Positions 61,653 to 64,000 of a stretch of 64,000 nucleotides of DNA are shown here, in pieces; within the stretch, counting starts at the first letter, position 1; every line of letters begins with the position of its first letter. This DNA comes from Octopus sinensis (taxonomy: Eukaryota). A program made the position numbers and the translations under genes. The stretch covers positions 6,138,001 through 6,202,000 of the forward strand of contig NC_043006.1 in assembly GCF_006345805.1 (NCBI RefSeq). The letters run 5' to 3'. A model generated the notes under the pieces. It saw only the letters and a program-made list of their open reading frames with translations. It had not been told where the DNA came from and searched no databases.

Positions 61653-62799
61653 ATATATCCACAATCGATAAAAATTATTTATTTTTACCTTACCAGAGGT
61701 TTCAGTTTGTCTATAATTAACTAGAAAATTAAATTAGTTATGTCACCCTGGAACAAATGTAACTACCAAACAAAATAGTTTCTTCTCTATTTTGTTCGTC
61801 ACATGGTGTTTGTTCTTTGGTTTTGTTACTAGTTTTGGTCAGTGGACTGCAACCATGCTGGGGTACTTGTGTTGGGGATTTTATCTTTTAATATTGACCC
61901 CAATTTTTATTTATTCTCAACTTGTTGAATCACCTGCTATACTAAATTACACAACACTAATTTTTAGAGTTAGTATAAGCACAACACACACATAGATGTG
62001 TGTTTATAAGTATAAAACAAAAATGATCTACGTGCATTTTTTTATTCTTGTTTGTCATAGGACTACGACCAGACTGGAGTTTCACGTTGAAAATTTAAGG
62101 ACTCCAGTTGAATCCTCTACTTTTGTTTTTAAGTCAGGTACTTATTTTGTCAGTATCATTTTACCAAACTGCTAAGTTACAAAGATGTAAACAAACCAAC
62201 ACCGGTTGCCTCTCAGTTTACACTGGCTTGCATCTGCAAACCACCGTTCAAATCAAAATTGTGTAAATTGAGGAAGATGTGTTTTTATTGATATTATCCA
62301 TAGAAAAAGAAAATTTATTATTTTTTTTTTAAATGAAATAAAAAAAAATTGATTATTGGGAGTGTGTTTTTGTGTATGCGTCTGTGTTTATGTGATGGTT
62401 TGATTTCTCTTAGTGATTCTGAAAACAAAAAACCATGGAAGTCACCATCATCATCATCATTTAGCGTCCGCTTTCCATGCTAGCATGGGTTGGACGGTTC
62501 AACTGGGGTCTGGGAAGCCAGAAGGCTGCACCAGGCCCAGTCTGATCTGGCAGTGTTTCTACAGTTGGGTGCCCTTCATAATGCCAACCACTCCGTGAGT
62601 GTAGTGGGTGCTTTTTACATGCCAGACGAGGCTAGCAAACGGCCACAATCGGATGGTGCTTTTTATGTGCCACCGGCATGGAGACCAGACGAAGCTGGCA
62701 ATGGCCATGATCGGATGGTGCTAAACAGAGAATGACAGGGAGAAAAGGGGTTTTCTTGTTGCACAAGGGGACCAGCTATCTTGGTTGATAGCAGTGTGA

Positions 62800-63515
62800 T
62801 AGACTAGGCAATCAAGGAAAAAGCCCTGGTCATCAGAAATTAGTGTTGTGATGCTTAAGATATCTGGCAGAGCAGGACACTGCCTCAGCTTGTACAAGAT
62901 GGTGTCAGGAACCAATGATTGGTGTAGCTGCACTATAGTCAGCTGTTACGAGGTAAAGCAGATGCCTTCAATGTAATTACAGGACTAGGTCATGGAGAAT
63001 TTGGAACAGAAACTAGATGAGATGTAGCTTGGTTTTGTGCTGAGAAGTACTACTGATGCCATCTTAGTAAGAAGTAGCTAGCTAAAAGTAAGCCATTGTA
63101 CTTGGCATTTGTTGACCTGGAGAAAGACTTTGACCGGATCCTTGCTCTGGGATCTGGTGGTCTCTGAGAAAGCTAGAGATAGACAGATGGCTTGTGGAAG
63201 CCATACAAACCCATGTATAGAGGTGCTATCGGTACGGTCAAGCCATGAATTCTGCTGCAATTTTAAAGTACAGGTAAGAGTTTACCAGGTCATATATGTA
63301 TGGACGAGGACAGCTGCATAAAGAAGTGCCATGTACTAAATCTGAATGGAACCTGTGTTAGGAGACCTGGCATGAAGTAGTAAGGAATAAACTCTCGAAG
63401 TTGAGCATCACAGAAATGACAAAAACCATAATGATGAGCAGATTACTGTGCTCAAGAAAACCCATCCATCTGAGCAAAATCAAGGTCCTAAAAGCGGACG
63501 TTAAACAATGATGAT
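62800..63515 (+). mobile_element. degraded RTE LINE
   Basis: RSTTDAIL, PLYLAFVDLEK and MDEDSCIKKCH, with the tail AAAGCGGACGTTAAACAATGATG. Confidence 0.75.
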
Positions 63516-63789
63516 TCCATTCTGTCGGATGCCCTTCTTAACGCAAACCATTTTACAGAATGTAACAGGTACATTTTATCATGACCCCTATACTAAAGGG
63601 GTTGTCATGTCCCCAGTAAAACTACAAGATCCTCTCCATCTTACATCTGTTGTCCATTTGCCAACCACATTACATAGTGTATTGTAAACACTTTATCATG
63701 GCACAAACATTATGGGGGTCGTCATGTTCTTAGTAATACTAAACCAGCTGCATCACTCAGGCGCTTCTCTCATCAGGATGAGTGTATAC

Positions 63790-63825
<36 letters not shown>

Positions 63826-64000
63826 ATAAGAAACAATAATTTAGAAACTTATTCACTCATCTATAACACTCTTCTTTTGTAACTATCATTACGTTGAACA
63901 GGAATTAGTCTCTAACCAATGTCTCACAAGATTATCAAAATTCCTCAAAAATATCCATAGTAAACAGATTGAGGAGAAGCCTTCATGTGGTCATTCAACC

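Overview
AT-rich, repeat-dense animal genomic DNA. The SINE and RTE-LINE families and the microsatellite load suggest an octopod cephalopod (inference). Two spliced host genes, absent or only fragmentary in the ORF track, were reconstructed by hand with frame-consistent GT-AG exons. ATG9 lies on the minus strand (six coding exons, 17408 to 798, continuing past the left edge). CNOT9/RQCD1 is complete on the plus strand (nine coding exons, 36417-60036, 308 aa). The genes are arranged head-to-head. Introns and flanks contain a 5'-truncated Naiad-type Penelope element, RTE, CR1, Dong/R4 and HERO-like LINE fragments, Helitron, mariner and piggyBac-like remnants, and several tRNA-derived SINE families. 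Most notable: an 18 x 140-bp tandem array built from a LINE 3' end in CNOT9 intron 7; four minimal hammerhead-ribozyme motifs; SINEs showing all four combinations of two heads and two tails; and a long-TIR foldback element next to the CNOT9 start. Most short ORFs in the track are repeat or microsatellite artefacts.
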